From contig CAZVMH010000001.1 of assembly GCA_964628585.1 (NCBI GenBank), forward strand, positions 64,450-128,449: a DNA stretch of 64,000 bases, read 5' to 3'. The DNA comes from an uncultured Candidatus Saccharibacteria bacterium (GTDB taxonomy: Bacteria; Patescibacteriota; UBA1384; XYA2-FULL-43-10; 1-14-0-10-43-13). Positions 8,533-17,181 of this stretch are shown here, piece after piece. The notes under the pieces were generated by a model. It was not told the DNA's origin. It ran no database searches and saw only the letters and a list, made by a program, of their open reading frames with translations. A program made the translations under genes and the position numbers. Within the stretch, counting starts at the first letter, position 1. Each line of letters begins with the position of its first letter.

Positions 8533-9726
8533 CTACTTGAGCCTGATTTGGGCGAACTTGATCTTTCCTGCCCGCAAAATGCAGTCGTGGGTGATCATGT
8601 AGCCGATGTCAGACACTTTCTCGCCATCAATTCGGGCTCCGCCTTGCTCGATGAGGCGCCTGGCGCCGTTTTTCGATTCGGCGAACCCAATTGTTGTCAG
8701 TACATCTACGATGTTTGCCGGACTAATCGCATAGGTCGGCATGCTCTCTGGCGTTTTCCTCTCCTGGAAAACCCGATTGAACTCATCCGCAGCCTTCTGG
8801 GCAATTACGGATCCGTGAAGGTCAGCGACAATCTCAATCGCTAGCGCGAGTTTGATGTCGCGGGGATTAGCCTTTCCCGATTTCATGTCGAGTTCAGATT
8901 TCTCGATGGTTTTGCGCGGTATCCGCGTCAAATGAATCAGGTATGGCACTATCATGTCGTCCGACATGCTCATGAGTTTTCCGAGCATATCGTTGGGGCT
9001 GTCGGTCAGGTTGATGGTGTTGCCCCAGGACGAGCTCATCTTCCTTCCGTCCAAGCCATTGATCAGAGTTGTCATGATCAGGGCTTGGGGCTTTGCTTGG
9101 TGGGCGCGTTGTATCTCTCGGCCTGCCAGCATGTTAAATCTCTGGTCAGTACCACCAACCTCAATGTCAGCGCTAAGGTAAAGCGAGTCGTACCCCTGCA
9201 TTATGGGGTAAACCATTTCTCTGACCGAGACCCTCTTGCCCTCTTGGAGCCTCTTGGCGATGTTAGATCTCGCCGAAAACTCCGCTAGGGTGAATAAGTT
9301 GGTCAGTGCCAGGAAACGACCGAAGTCCATCTGGCTCCACCAAGACTTATTGTAATGGACTTCAGTCTTCGCGAGATCTAGTATCTGCCCAATCTGCTGG
9401 GTATATGTCCGCATATTGGTTGCGACTACATCTGCGGATACTGCAGGACGCTCGCTCTCTTTGTCGCTCGTGTCGCCAATCTCGGCCGTGAAGTCTCCTA
9501 TAATCAGGACTATCTGGTGGCCAAGCTTCTGCAGATCACGCAAGAGCATAATCGGGATAGCCCTTCCAAGATGAATGTTCTCGCTGGTTGGATCGGTGCC
9601 CCACTTAATCCTTAGGGGCGGGCCACTTAGAAGGTCAACCATGCTGGTATCGGAGATGATCTCTTGGATGTGTCCCCGGTCGAGCAGTTCTGTTACGGCG
9701 GAAACTCTTTTGGCGTGATTCATCAC
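8533..9726 (-). CDS. tyrS: Tyrosyl-tRNA synthetase
   Basis: GTDPT..IHLGR, IGDFTA.IGD, YPIMQGYD, GGTDQ.FN, KMSSS, C-terminal S4 domain. Confidence 0.95.
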   Translation of the reverse strand: MMNHAKRVSAVTELLDRGHIQEIISDTSMVDLLSGPPLRIKWGTDPTSENIHLGRAIPIMLLRDLQKLGHQIVLIIGDFTAEIGDTSDKESERPAVSADVVATNMRTYTQQIGQILDLAKTEVHYNKSWWSQMDFGRFLALTNLFTLAEFSARSNIAKRLQEGKRVSVREMVYPIMQGYDSLYLSADIEVGGTDQRFNMLAGREIQRAHQAKPQALIMTTLINGLDGRKMSSSWGNTINLTDSPNDMLGKLMSMSDDMIVPYLIHLTRIPRKTIEKSELDMKSGKANPRDIKLALAIEIVADLHGSVIAQKAADEFNRVFQERKTPESMPTYAISPANIVDVLTTIGFAESKNGARRLIEQGGARIDGEKVSDIGYMITHDCILRAGKIKFAQIRLK

Positions 9727-10514
9727 ATACTCCTTTTCGCGGTGACGATGTCACCTATTCTGAATGGACTTGAGGTAGTTGTGAGCTTGCGCACACAGCC
9801 TACTTCAGCAAGTCCTAGCGAGCTACCCTTGTAGATTGCCCAGGTGCTGTCTGGCAGGTTCTTCATGGCGTGTGAGAAGGTAACAACTTGCCAATCGTTG
9901 CCGTTGATGGCCAACTGCAACTTCTCTCCCTCGGCTAAGCTAGGGGGGAGTAACATCTTTACCTTAGCAACGCCGAAGTTGTCAATATGAACGATTGTGC
10001 CGTCAGCGATCTCTAACCGTGTAAGGCGGTTGGGATCAAACTTGCATTTGTATCCGTTAAGATTGGCCATACTGGCCACCTTGACCGCCTCTGGTGCGTG
10101 GAAATACTTACCACCGAAGGAAATGAACTGAACGCCATCAAGTCCTTCGGATGAATACTCGTACACTTCGCTCAGACCGAAATCGTCCAGTAGCCAGCTT
10201 AAGGCGCCGGTGTTTTCGGCCACAAATCGAATTCCGTTCTGGGTCCGGCCAACAAGCCGGGCTCGATTTGCGCGGGCAGTAGGTAGAGCGTTAGCTACAA
10301 TCAGTAAGACAGTGCTTAACGGATCGCAACTTTCTGCTAGTAGGCGAACCAGAAAGGCGCAATTGATGGTCGAGAATTCTTTGCAGTTGACGAACGGGTC
10401 GATTACTACTTTGTCTTCTTGGCCTAGCGCGTTTATGGTTCGATTGAGCGTCGCATGCAGTTCGTTGCTTGCGACATCGGTGCAATCGGTGAACGTTAGG
10501 ATTCTTGATTTCAT
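9723..10514 (-). CDS. SAM hydroxide adenosyltransferase / SAM-dependent halogenase (DUF62) family protein, divergent
   Basis: N-terminal TFTD; FVAENTG.LS; SFGGKYFHAP (cf. TFHGRDxFAP); IVHIDNFG; GSSLGLAEVG; start 10514 has an AAGGAGG SD. Confidence 0.75.
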   Translation of the reverse strand: MKSRILTFTDCTDVASNELHATLNRTINALGQEDKVVIDPFVNCKEFSTINCAFLVRLLAESCDPLSTVLLIVANALPTARANRARLVGRTQNGIRFVAENTGALSWLLDDFGLSEVYEYSSEGLDGVQFISFGGKYFHAPEAVKVASMANLNGYKCKFDPNRLTRLEIADGTIVHIDNFGVAKVKMLLPPSLAEGEKLQLAINGNDWQVVTFSHAMKNLPDSTWAIYKGSSLGLAEVGCVRKLTTTSSPFRIGDIVTAKRSM

Positions 10515-10533
10515 CTGGTTGCCTCCTTGTGGT

Positions 10534-11478
10534 CTACTCGAACACGGACACCTCATAAACACGGTCGTCGGCAGAGAAATCATATGTATCGATAATCTTA
10601 CCGCTCCAGTCTAGCTGAAGTATGCGATGGTTGTCGGCGTCAGCTGCAAAGATAGTATCGTCTTTTTGGCAGTGTATCGCGTCCTGAACCCAGGACATGC
10701 CGAGGTCTGCGCCCAACTCTTGCGTAAGCTCAAGCTGGTCGTTTAAGACCATGATCGTATTAGCAGACGTGTTGCAGAGAAGGTGCCTTCCTGCTCCTGC
10801 GTCTTTCAGGTTGTGGGGATTCTTGAGTCCCCTTAGCACAACCTGAATTGTGTCGGCTTCCTTGTCAATCAGTACAAGCTCGCCCGGATGGAAAAGTGTT
10901 GCCACGATTTTGCTTTCTTTTTCATCCACGTAGCGACAGTAATTGACGTGAGTCGTCTGGTGCAAGGAGGGGTATTCAACTCCCTGGTGTTTTGTCTCTC
11001 GATCAACGATCCTTTCGCCTCCGAGTTGATCTGACTTGTACCCATGCTCGGTAAACAAAAACGAGTAGATCGTTTTTCCAGAAGAGTCGACTTCTACTAT
11101 TGCATCGGTACCAGTGCTGGCTACCATCCAGCCAGAGCTAGTTTTTACCAAAGAATGTGGCTTGTTGAACAAGTCGTTATCTATGGTCGTCAAGATAGCC
11201 TTCTGGGATAACGATATTGCCAATATAGCACCGCTCCTAAGCGTGTTGGCCATCAACAAATCGTTAGATGCACGATAGGTTCCCGTGGGGCACTCGACTG
11301 TCATGCTCCAGGCGATTTTCTTTGTTGCCCAATCAATGATGTCTATACGGCCACCAAGTCTTTTCACGAAAGGCTTGTCGCTTCCTCTCTTTCCTTCGCT
11401 CATCAAAACGGAGTGTCTAGCCCAATGTCTCTTGAGCTGGTCGAAGTCTGTTGACAGATACGATGCCAATAAAAACAT
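10534..11478 (-). CDS. Beta-propeller protein (NHL/arylsulfotransferase-like)
   Basis: Repeated blades FNKPHSL, THVNY, LKNPHNL, WVQDA, ADADNHRIL. Confidence 0.6.
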   Translation of the reverse strand: MFLLASYLSTDFDQLKRHWARHSVLMSEGKRGSDKPFVKRLGGRIDIIDWATKKIAWSMTVECPTGTYRASNDLLMANTLRSGAILAISLSQKAILTTIDNDLFNKPHSLVKTSSGWMVASTGTDAIVEVDSSGKTIYSFLFTEHGYKSDQLGGERIVDRETKHQGVEYPSLHQTTHVNYCRYVDEKESKIVATLFHPGELVLIDKEADTIQVVLRGLKNPHNLKDAGAGRHLLCNTSANTIMVLNDQLELTQELGADLGMSWVQDAIHCQKDDTIFAADADNHRILQLDWSGKIIDTYDFSADDRVYEVSVFE

Positions 11479-11490
11479 GTTTCTCCCTTC

Positions 11491-12135
11491 CTATCGACTT
11501 TCATTTATTGCATCAAGGACATCGGGGGATAGTTGTCTTAGCGCCACGCTCTCGTGTTCAAAATCGGTCTTGACCGTGAAACTGGCCGTAACAATTGCGC
11601 TTAGCGGATCGGACGATATGTTGCGATGCAGCGCAACGATAGCTTGAGCAAATTGTGGAATTATTATCGCTTGAGTCCCAACTAATCGGGCTTGCTCGAA
11701 TGCAAATAATTCCGCAGATGTGTGGAGACATTCGGATACAGGTATCGTTGTCTGGCCGCTCACAGTCTTCTTCTCGGGAAGGCATTTCACAAATTCACGA
11801 AAAGTAATGCGTTCCAGCATTGCGATTACTCCCCGCAGATATTCAGAAGATGTCATTGCAGCGCTCATTAGATGCACTGACGAATATAGTCCCGATATAG
11901 CAGAAAAAAACTCGCGGTTGAGCTCTTCTTGCTCTATGGCCGACCGTCCGAAGACTGCCATCGGCAGATAGTCATCCACAAAGATGCTGGGCTTTCTATA
12001 AGTGCAGATCTCAGACAATACTGAGTGCATTAGAAAACCAGGACCTGGTGGTCGGTTCGCCCACAGGACGATCCCGAAGGGGTGTTCAACACTGATCGGA
12101 CCCATGAATCCCTTGATATAGTCCCCAATTTTCAC
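11491..12135 (-). CDS. Hypothetical protein resembling a degenerate class Ic (TyrRS-like) catalytic domain
   Basis: GGAGG SD plus GTG; segment order IFVDD...VHLMS...EYLRGV..MLERITFREF...VSECLH...AIII follows the archaeal-type TyrRS core; no HIGH or KMSKS. Confidence 0.5.
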   Translation of the reverse strand: MKIGDYIKGFMGPISVEHPFGIVLWANRPPGPGFLMHSVLSEICTYRKPSIFVDDYLPMAVFGRSAIEQEELNREFFSAISGLYSSVHLMSAAMTSSEYLRGVIAMLERITFREFVKCLPEKKTVSGQTTIPVSECLHTSAELFAFEQARLVGTQAIIIPQFAQAIVALHRNISSDPLSAIVTASFTVKTDFEHESVALRQLSPDVLDAINESR

Positions 12136-12207
12136 GTCATTTCCTCCAGTAATGTCAAAGAGCCTTGTCGAGAAACCAACGATTTACGATGGTCATTGCA
12201 ACGGCTA

Positions 12208-12237
12208 GTTATAACACCCACAAGCTGGGCCTGTCAA
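12208..12237 (-). promoter_or_regulatory. Promoter of the four-gene TyrRS operon
   Basis: TTGACA-18 nt-TATAAC with extended TG. Confidence 0.55.
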
Positions 12238-12241
12238 GCAA

Positions 12242-12469
12242 ATGTGCTGGCTCACCACTTTTCTAATAGCAGGATTTGTGTTATTGTGGATGCGAAGCAT
12301 TGTTGTTCGAAAGGAGAAAGCGGTGAGACTCGCAAAAAGGACCCTAATCGCGGTTTCTGTCCTAGCTGTTGTTATCTTGGGGGTATACTATGCAGGAGTA
12401 TTGAACTGCAATACCCCAGAGAACGCAGCGATGTACACCCGTGTCGTTCATAGCATGGGCGTGCAGTAA
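12242..12469 (+). CDS. Small two-TM membrane protein
   Basis: Two hydrophobic segments; followed by a strong hairpin. Confidence 0.5.
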   Translation: MCWLTTFLIAGFVLLWMRSIVVRKEKAVRLAKRTLIAVSVLAVVILGVYYAGVLNCNTPENAAMYTRVVHSMGVQ

Positions 12470-12508
12470 CTTAGCCTGTCGCTCAAACTAGAGTAATAGG
12501 GAACCAGT

Positions 12509-12540
12509 CGTTTCAGGGGCGTGATTACGCCCCTGAAACG
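12509..12540. terminator. Perfect 14-bp hairpin at a GC/AT block boundary
   Basis: CGTTTCAGGGGCGT-gatt-ACGCCCCTGAAACG. Confidence 0.65.
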
Positions 12541-12557
12541 AAGGAACATATAGAATT

Positions 12558-13232
12558 ATGACAAATTTCATTAAAAAAGAATCTGCACATTATGATTTTT
12601 TCTTTTTTCCAGATTCGCTGGCCGAAAAGGAAATTGATAAAATTATAAAAATCCAGGAATCGGCTTACGCCAAAATTTTGGAATTTTTGGGTGTGGAAAA
12701 TAATCGAAAGATTAATTACTTTCTATATCCATCAAACACAGTTAAAGGTAAAATAATGGGTGACGACGGTAATGGAAATGCCGACCCTAAAAAGTTTGAA
12801 GTGCATGCTGTTTATAACGAAGATGTCAAATGCATTGGTCCACACGAAGATACCCACCTATTGGCAATACCATTAGGGTTGCCTCCTCAACTTTTTCGTG
12901 AGGGCTTAGCCGAATATATGAGCGAAAAATGGGACAGCAGAAGCCATGCCCAGTGGGCAAGTCAATTTCTGTCTGAAGGAAAATTGCCAAATCTGGAACA
13001 GATTATCGATGATGAAGAGTGGTATGAATGTGACGATCTGGTTGCATATCCATCGGCAGGATCCTTTGTAACCTTTTTAACCACAAAAATTGGCAAAGAA
13101 AAATTTCTTGATTTATATAAAGCACTAAGTCGTGATTTTACTCCAGAAAAGAATAAAGATATTCTCAAAAAAATTACAGGTTCATCAATTTCTGAACTAC
13201 AAAAAGAGTGGGAAATCTTGCTGAAAAGATAG
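12558..13232 (+). CDS. Peptidase MA-like gluzincin
   Basis: HEDTH followed by FREGLAEY; Y.SAGSFV. Confidence 0.75.
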   Translation: MTNFIKKESAHYDFFFFPDSLAEKEIDKIIKIQESAYAKILEFLGVENNRKINYFLYPSNTVKGKIMGDDGNGNADPKKFEVHAVYNEDVKCIGPHEDTHLLAIPLGLPPQLFREGLAEYMSEKWDSRSHAQWASQFLSEGKLPNLEQIIDDEEWYECDDLVAYPSAGSFVTFLTTKIGKEKFLDLYKALSRDFTPEKNKDILKKITGSSISELQKEWEILLKR

Positions 13233-13354
13233 TAATTTTCTTATAACTTCTATATTGCTGGACTGTTATTTTATTGTATCAGGGCCATTTTTGTGATACA
13301 AAAAATGTAGTAGTAAAGTACCTGCTTTAGGGCAGAAGACAGGGGGCATCTGAA

Positions 13355-13801
13355 TTGAGGAGAAATCTGTTTCTTGCAGTAGTGCTCGTAGTTGTGATGC
13401 TAATGCTGGTCGGCTGCGGCGGTGGAGGCGGAGGGGGCTCGAATCCTCCGGGAAACCTGAACAAAGATGTGATCAAGGGAAAGATCACAGGCAACTGGGC
13501 GGGGGCGACCAATCTTGTAGTGCACTTTTACTACATTGATGATTGGGGACACGCCCAGACAGTTGCGACAGCAAACGTGAACCCAGATGGATCTTACCAG
13601 ATCACGATTCCACAGTCGGCAGAAGTGATCGGCGAGTACTACTCGCTCAATCTGTGGCGCGGTTCTATCTACGCGGGATCTGGCAAGGGTCTGTTTAGCT
13701 ACTTTGGGACCAATGATATTTGGCGCTGGGCAGAGGACGCATTTTCGCCAGACATCCCGATATCTGGACGTCAGTTCGACATTGAGTACTGGTCGCCGTA
13801 G
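13355..13801 (+). CDS. Lipoprotein of unknown function
   Basis: Signal peptide with lipobox LVGC and a Gly linker; GC-rich block. Confidence 0.7.
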   Translation: MRRNLFLAVVLVVVMLMLVGCGGGGGGGSNPPGNLNKDVIKGKITGNWAGATNLVVHFYYIDDWGHAQTVATANVNPDGSYQITIPQSAEVIGEYYSLNLWRGSIYAGSGKGLFSYFGTNDIWRWAEDAFSPDIPISGRQFDIEYWSP

Positions 13802-13827
13802 GGAAGGCGACAACGTTGTCATCATAG

Positions 13828-13857
13828 TTGGCGGCCGCATATTTGCGCGGCCGCCAA
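13828..13857 (+). terminator. Hairpin after the lipoprotein gene
   Basis: TTGGCGGCCGC-atatttgc-GCGGCCGCCAA. Confidence 0.65.
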
Positions 13858-13866
13858 TTGAATATT

Positions 13867-13895
13867 TTGACCTGGTTTAGAAATCATTATATAAT
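13867..13895 (+). promoter_or_regulatory. Promoter of the sortase gene (leaderless)
   Basis: TTGACC-17-TATAAT, then 6 nt to the ATG. Confidence 0.7.
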
Positions 13896-13901
13896 GTTAC
13901 T

Positions 13902-14606
13902 ATGATAAAGATTGAGGATATTAGCCCGTCTAAAAGGATAGCCATTTTTGTGGTTTTGATGTTTGGCGTGGTTTACGGTGCTTATTGGTACTTATTTCAT
14001 CCCATCCCGGTTAAGGTTGCTGCTTCGGGTAGTGATGAGGTCATTATTGTGGTTCGAGACCAGTCAGTACCGACCCAACAATACGAGACTACGACAAATT
14101 ATGCCTTGATAAAGGACTACTTAAGTAATGCAGCCAGTTCACTAAAAGGCAAAGACACGAAACAAAATCCTGCAAACTATCTAATTATCGATAAAATTGG
14201 TGTTTCAGCTCCTTTAGAATCTGTTGGTTTTGATAAAGATGGCAACATGGCTACCCCTTCTGGACCAAACGTGGTGGCTTGGTACAGCCAGGGTGCCAAA
14301 ATTGGTTCTGTTGGAAATGCAGTTATTTCTGGTCACAAAGATACTACAAAAGGCAAAGCCGTTTTTTATCGATTGGGTGAACTTACCGTTGGAGACAAGG
14401 TCTTAGTTACCGACAGTACAGGTAAAGGTTATCAATATACAGTCGACTCTAAAAATAGCTATCCGAAAGATAATTTTCCCGCCAAAGAGATATTTTCAAA
14501 CGGGACTTCTGCCAGGCTTAATCTTGTAACTTGTTCTGGAACCTATGATAAGAATGCTAGATCATATAGCCACAGATTGGTAGTTTCAGCAGTATTGGCA
14601 AAGTAA
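13902..14606 (+). CDS. Class F sortase
   Basis: N-terminal TM; VAWY, GNAVISGH, VFYRL, LNLVTC, YSHRLVV (His-Cys-Arg triad). Confidence 0.9.
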   Translation: MIKIEDISPSKRIAIFVVLMFGVVYGAYWYLFHPIPVKVAASGSDEVIIVVRDQSVPTQQYETTTNYALIKDYLSNAASSLKGKDTKQNPANYLIIDKIGVSAPLESVGFDKDGNMATPSGPNVVAWYSQGAKIGSVGNAVISGHKDTTKGKAVFYRLGELTVGDKVLVTDSTGKGYQYTVDSKNSYPKDNFPAKEIFSNGTSARLNLVTCSGTYDKNARSYSHRLVVSAVLAK

Positions 14607-14623
14607 ATTTTATATTAGATATG

Positions 14624-14655
14624 AAAAAACAGCGCATATTTCAGGCTGTTTTTTT
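14624..14655. terminator. Bidirectional terminator between sortase and vWA gene
   Basis: AAAAAACAGC...GCTGTTTTTT. Confidence 0.6.
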
Positions 14656-14700
14656 GCATATATTATCTACCAGACTACTTAACTATTGATACATAAACTC

Positions 14701-16269
14701 TTATCTTCCCGTTTTTGGTGGTCCAGCTGGAATGACTGAAACAGAAGCGTTGCCAGCTGCTGAAACCGAAGCATTACCAAATGCGGTGACGGTTTGGTTG
14801 TTATAGTAACCAGTTACGGTAGCATTGCTAGTCATACTCGAAGTTACCTGACGCTGACATGTATATCGCCAAGTCTCGGAATTTTGGAGTTTTGAATCAC
14901 TATTTGTGTCGCCACTTTTATAAGTAACAGGAGAACACTGAGTATCGGTAACATTAACTTGCTCAAGTTCGGTATTACTAGGGTTTACTATAGTATAGGT
15001 AAACACAACCAAGCCACCTCCAATTGGAACGCCAGTTGGACTGGCCGTAACTGTTATGCCTATTTGAGGAGTCGTAGCTTTATTAATAAAAACACAGTAT
15101 GCATTACTAGATAGAGTTATTGGGATATTACTAATTGTATTTGTAATAAGATTAAAATTCCCTACGCTGGAACCATTTTGCTGACACTCCGCCGATTCCA
15201 ATGTATATCCAGTTTTTGGTGTTTCTGTAATTGAATAACTTCCTACGTCTAACTCAGTATATTGGAAAAGGCCTGTTGTGGTTGTCGTCTGACCGGTAAT
15301 AGATGAAGGTCCAGACAGATCAAAACCATATCCTGTCAAAAGTGCGTTCTCAATGCCACCATCGATATCTGCGTCACCATCACCGTCGGTGTCAATCTGA
15401 GCTTGAACCACGATTGCATCGTTGCACATTGAACTATAGAGTGTTGTAAGATTTGTGCCCAAGTTGTCGAAGTCGGAAGAAATTATGTCTGTACTTAAGG
15501 TAATGGGATCAGGGTCTGGCGAAACACTGTTTCCGATAACTTGTTTGAAGTTATCTATGTTGGCGTCAGCGCTAATAGCAAGCCCTAAAATCTTAATATT
15601 TTCTGCTTGTATTTCATCGGCCATTTCGGCGGCGTGTTGAACAGCCGTTGTCCCACCTGGATCACTTACGATAGCTACCGAAATAAGATCATCGACTTGT
15701 GTAATCTCGTCATAATAATTTGGTTGTCCGTCGGATGCAAAGATAATCAAATCTCTTTTTGCCGAGCGGTTGTTTACTGAATCGAAAGTATCTTTTGCAT
15801 TATACAATGCGTCATCCCAGTTCGTTCCGTCTTCTTCCGGCACTGTTGCGGCATCAATACTATTTTTAATCAATTCTGGCGTAGTACTTGGTGAAAATTC
15901 TAATACAGTAGAGGCAAAATTTCCGAAAGTGACTAAGGCAAATTGGGTCGGGGTAGAAGCAAATGAATCAACAAGATTCTTCAGAGCTGTTTTCATAATT
16001 ACTCTTTCGCCGTCAGTCATACTTCCCGTCATATCCATTACAAGAGTAATATCCATTCCGCATGTATTTACCGAATTTACGGTTGGGGCACCAGCGCCAG
16101 TAGGAGCCGGCGAAGATCCACCCTCAGGAACAAAATAGGGTGCATCAGCCGATATTCTAAAATCAATTGTTTTATTACTTCTAAGCCAAACAAACCCACC
16201 CAGGACTAGTACAAAAACAAGAGTTAGGGGTGCAACTATTTTTAATCTTCGATTAAAGTTCATAGACAA
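14701..16269 (-). CDS. vWA-domain surface protein with SpaA/prealbumin-like and Ig-like domains and a C-terminal PPKTG
   Basis: N-terminal TM; MIDAS-like DMTGS..GTN..SDG; YSITETPKTGY; VFTYTIVNP...LQNSETWRYTC; ends PAGPPKTGR. Confidence 0.8.
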   Translation of the reverse strand: MSMNFNRRLKIVAPLTLVFVLVLGGFVWLRSNKTIDFRISADAPYFVPEGGSSPAPTGAGAPTVNSVNTCGMDITLVMDMTGSMTDGERVIMKTALKNLVDSFASTPTQFALVTFGNFASTVLEFSPSTTPELIKNSIDAATVPEEDGTNWDDALYNAKDTFDSVNNRSAKRDLIIFASDGQPNYYDEITQVDDLISVAIVSDPGGTTAVQHAAEMADEIQAENIKILGLAISADANIDNFKQVIGNSVSPDPDPITLSTDIISSDFDNLGTNLTTLYSSMCNDAIVVQAQIDTDGDGDADIDGGIENALLTGYGFDLSGPSSITGQTTTTTGLFQYTELDVGSYSITETPKTGYTLESAECQQNGSSVGNFNLITNTISNIPITLSSNAYCVFINKATTPQIGITVTASPTGVPIGGGLVVFTYTIVNPSNTELEQVNVTDTQCSPVTYKSGDTNSDSKLQNSETWRYTCQRQVTSSMTSNATVTGYYNNQTVTAFGNASVSAAGNASVSVIPAGPPKTGR

Positions 16270-16377
16270 ATAAAAAATTATTACTAATAATCACATTATA
16301 CCAATTCTAATTAAGTAAACGCAATTGTCATTTATAAAAATAATTTTTTATTGAGAACAAAGTTAAAAAAATATATA

Positions 16378-17181
16378 ATGAGTACAATGAAAAAATATTG
16401 GCTTTATTTTTCAACGGCTTTTAGGGCAGAATCTGCCTACAAAGCCGATTTTCTATTCTCGATAATAATAAATCTGGTCTATTTTTTTATTTATTTTACG
16501 ATTTGGAAAACAATTTATACCAATGGAGGTATTGATCAGATTAGTTCATATACTCTTGGTAGTACAATTACATACTATTTTATTAGTAATCTTATTTTTC
16601 AAACTGATCCAAGCAATTTTATTTACTTAGGATGGGATATCTGGGAGGGGAACCTAACAAACGATTTAATCAAACCATATAGTATTAAAATAATTGAGAT
16701 TTTAATCTCTTTAGCTGACGTTGCAATTAACTTTCTTCTATATCTACCAATTGCAGCTGCTATTATAGTAATCTTTTATCAATATCTTCAATTTCCGACT
16801 GCTCTGACTTTCGTTTACTTTATTATTGCTTTTTTACTTTCAATTTTACTAATGCTTTCAATAGGATTGTTCTTACATAGCATGAATTTCTTTTTTGGGG
16901 ACCAAGAGGCCAATATTGGTCTAGCAAACTACATAATATTCTTTTTTGCTGGTGCGTTCTTCCCGCTTGCTTTTTTGCCACAAAAAATTGGGGCAATAAT
17001 TAATCTTTTGCCTTTTAAATATTTATTTAATACCCCAATCAATATCTTTTTAGGTAAAATGTCTCATACTGAAATTATGTCTTCTTTTGCAGGAGCATTG
17101 CTTTGGATACTGATATTCTATTTTGCATTTAACTTTTTGTTCAATAAAGGTATAAAGAGATATTCGGGAGTAGGAAAATGA
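16378..17181 (+). CDS. ABC-2 family exporter permease (DUF990 type)
   Basis: Six TMs; GNL...LIKP; GAFFPL.FLP; ends GIKRYSGVG. Confidence 0.85.
   Translation: MSTMKKYWLYFSTAFRAESAYKADFLFSIIINLVYFFIYFTIWKTIYTNGGIDQISSYTLGSTITYYFISNLIFQTDPSNFIYLGWDIWEGNLTNDLIKPYSIKIIEILISLADVAINFLLYLPIAAAIIVIFYQYLQFPTALTFVYFIIAFLLSILLMLSIGLFLHSMNFFFGDQEANIGLANYIIFFFAGAFFPLAFLPQKIGAIINLLPFKYLFNTPINIFLGKMSHTEIMSSFAGALLWILIFYFAFNFLFNKGIKRYSGVGK

Noticed and set aside
96-10514. MTAP and the DUF62 protein as one fluorinase/chlorinase-type pathway (FlA-FlB, SalL-SalT)
   Set aside because: They are about 9 kb apart in separate transcription units with unrelated AT-rich blocks between; MTAP is adequately explained by the rSAM
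12509-13857. Hairpins as integron attC sites or CRISPR repeats
   Set aside because: The hairpins share no sequence, lack RYYYAAC/GTTRRRY ends and regular spacing, and read as terminators
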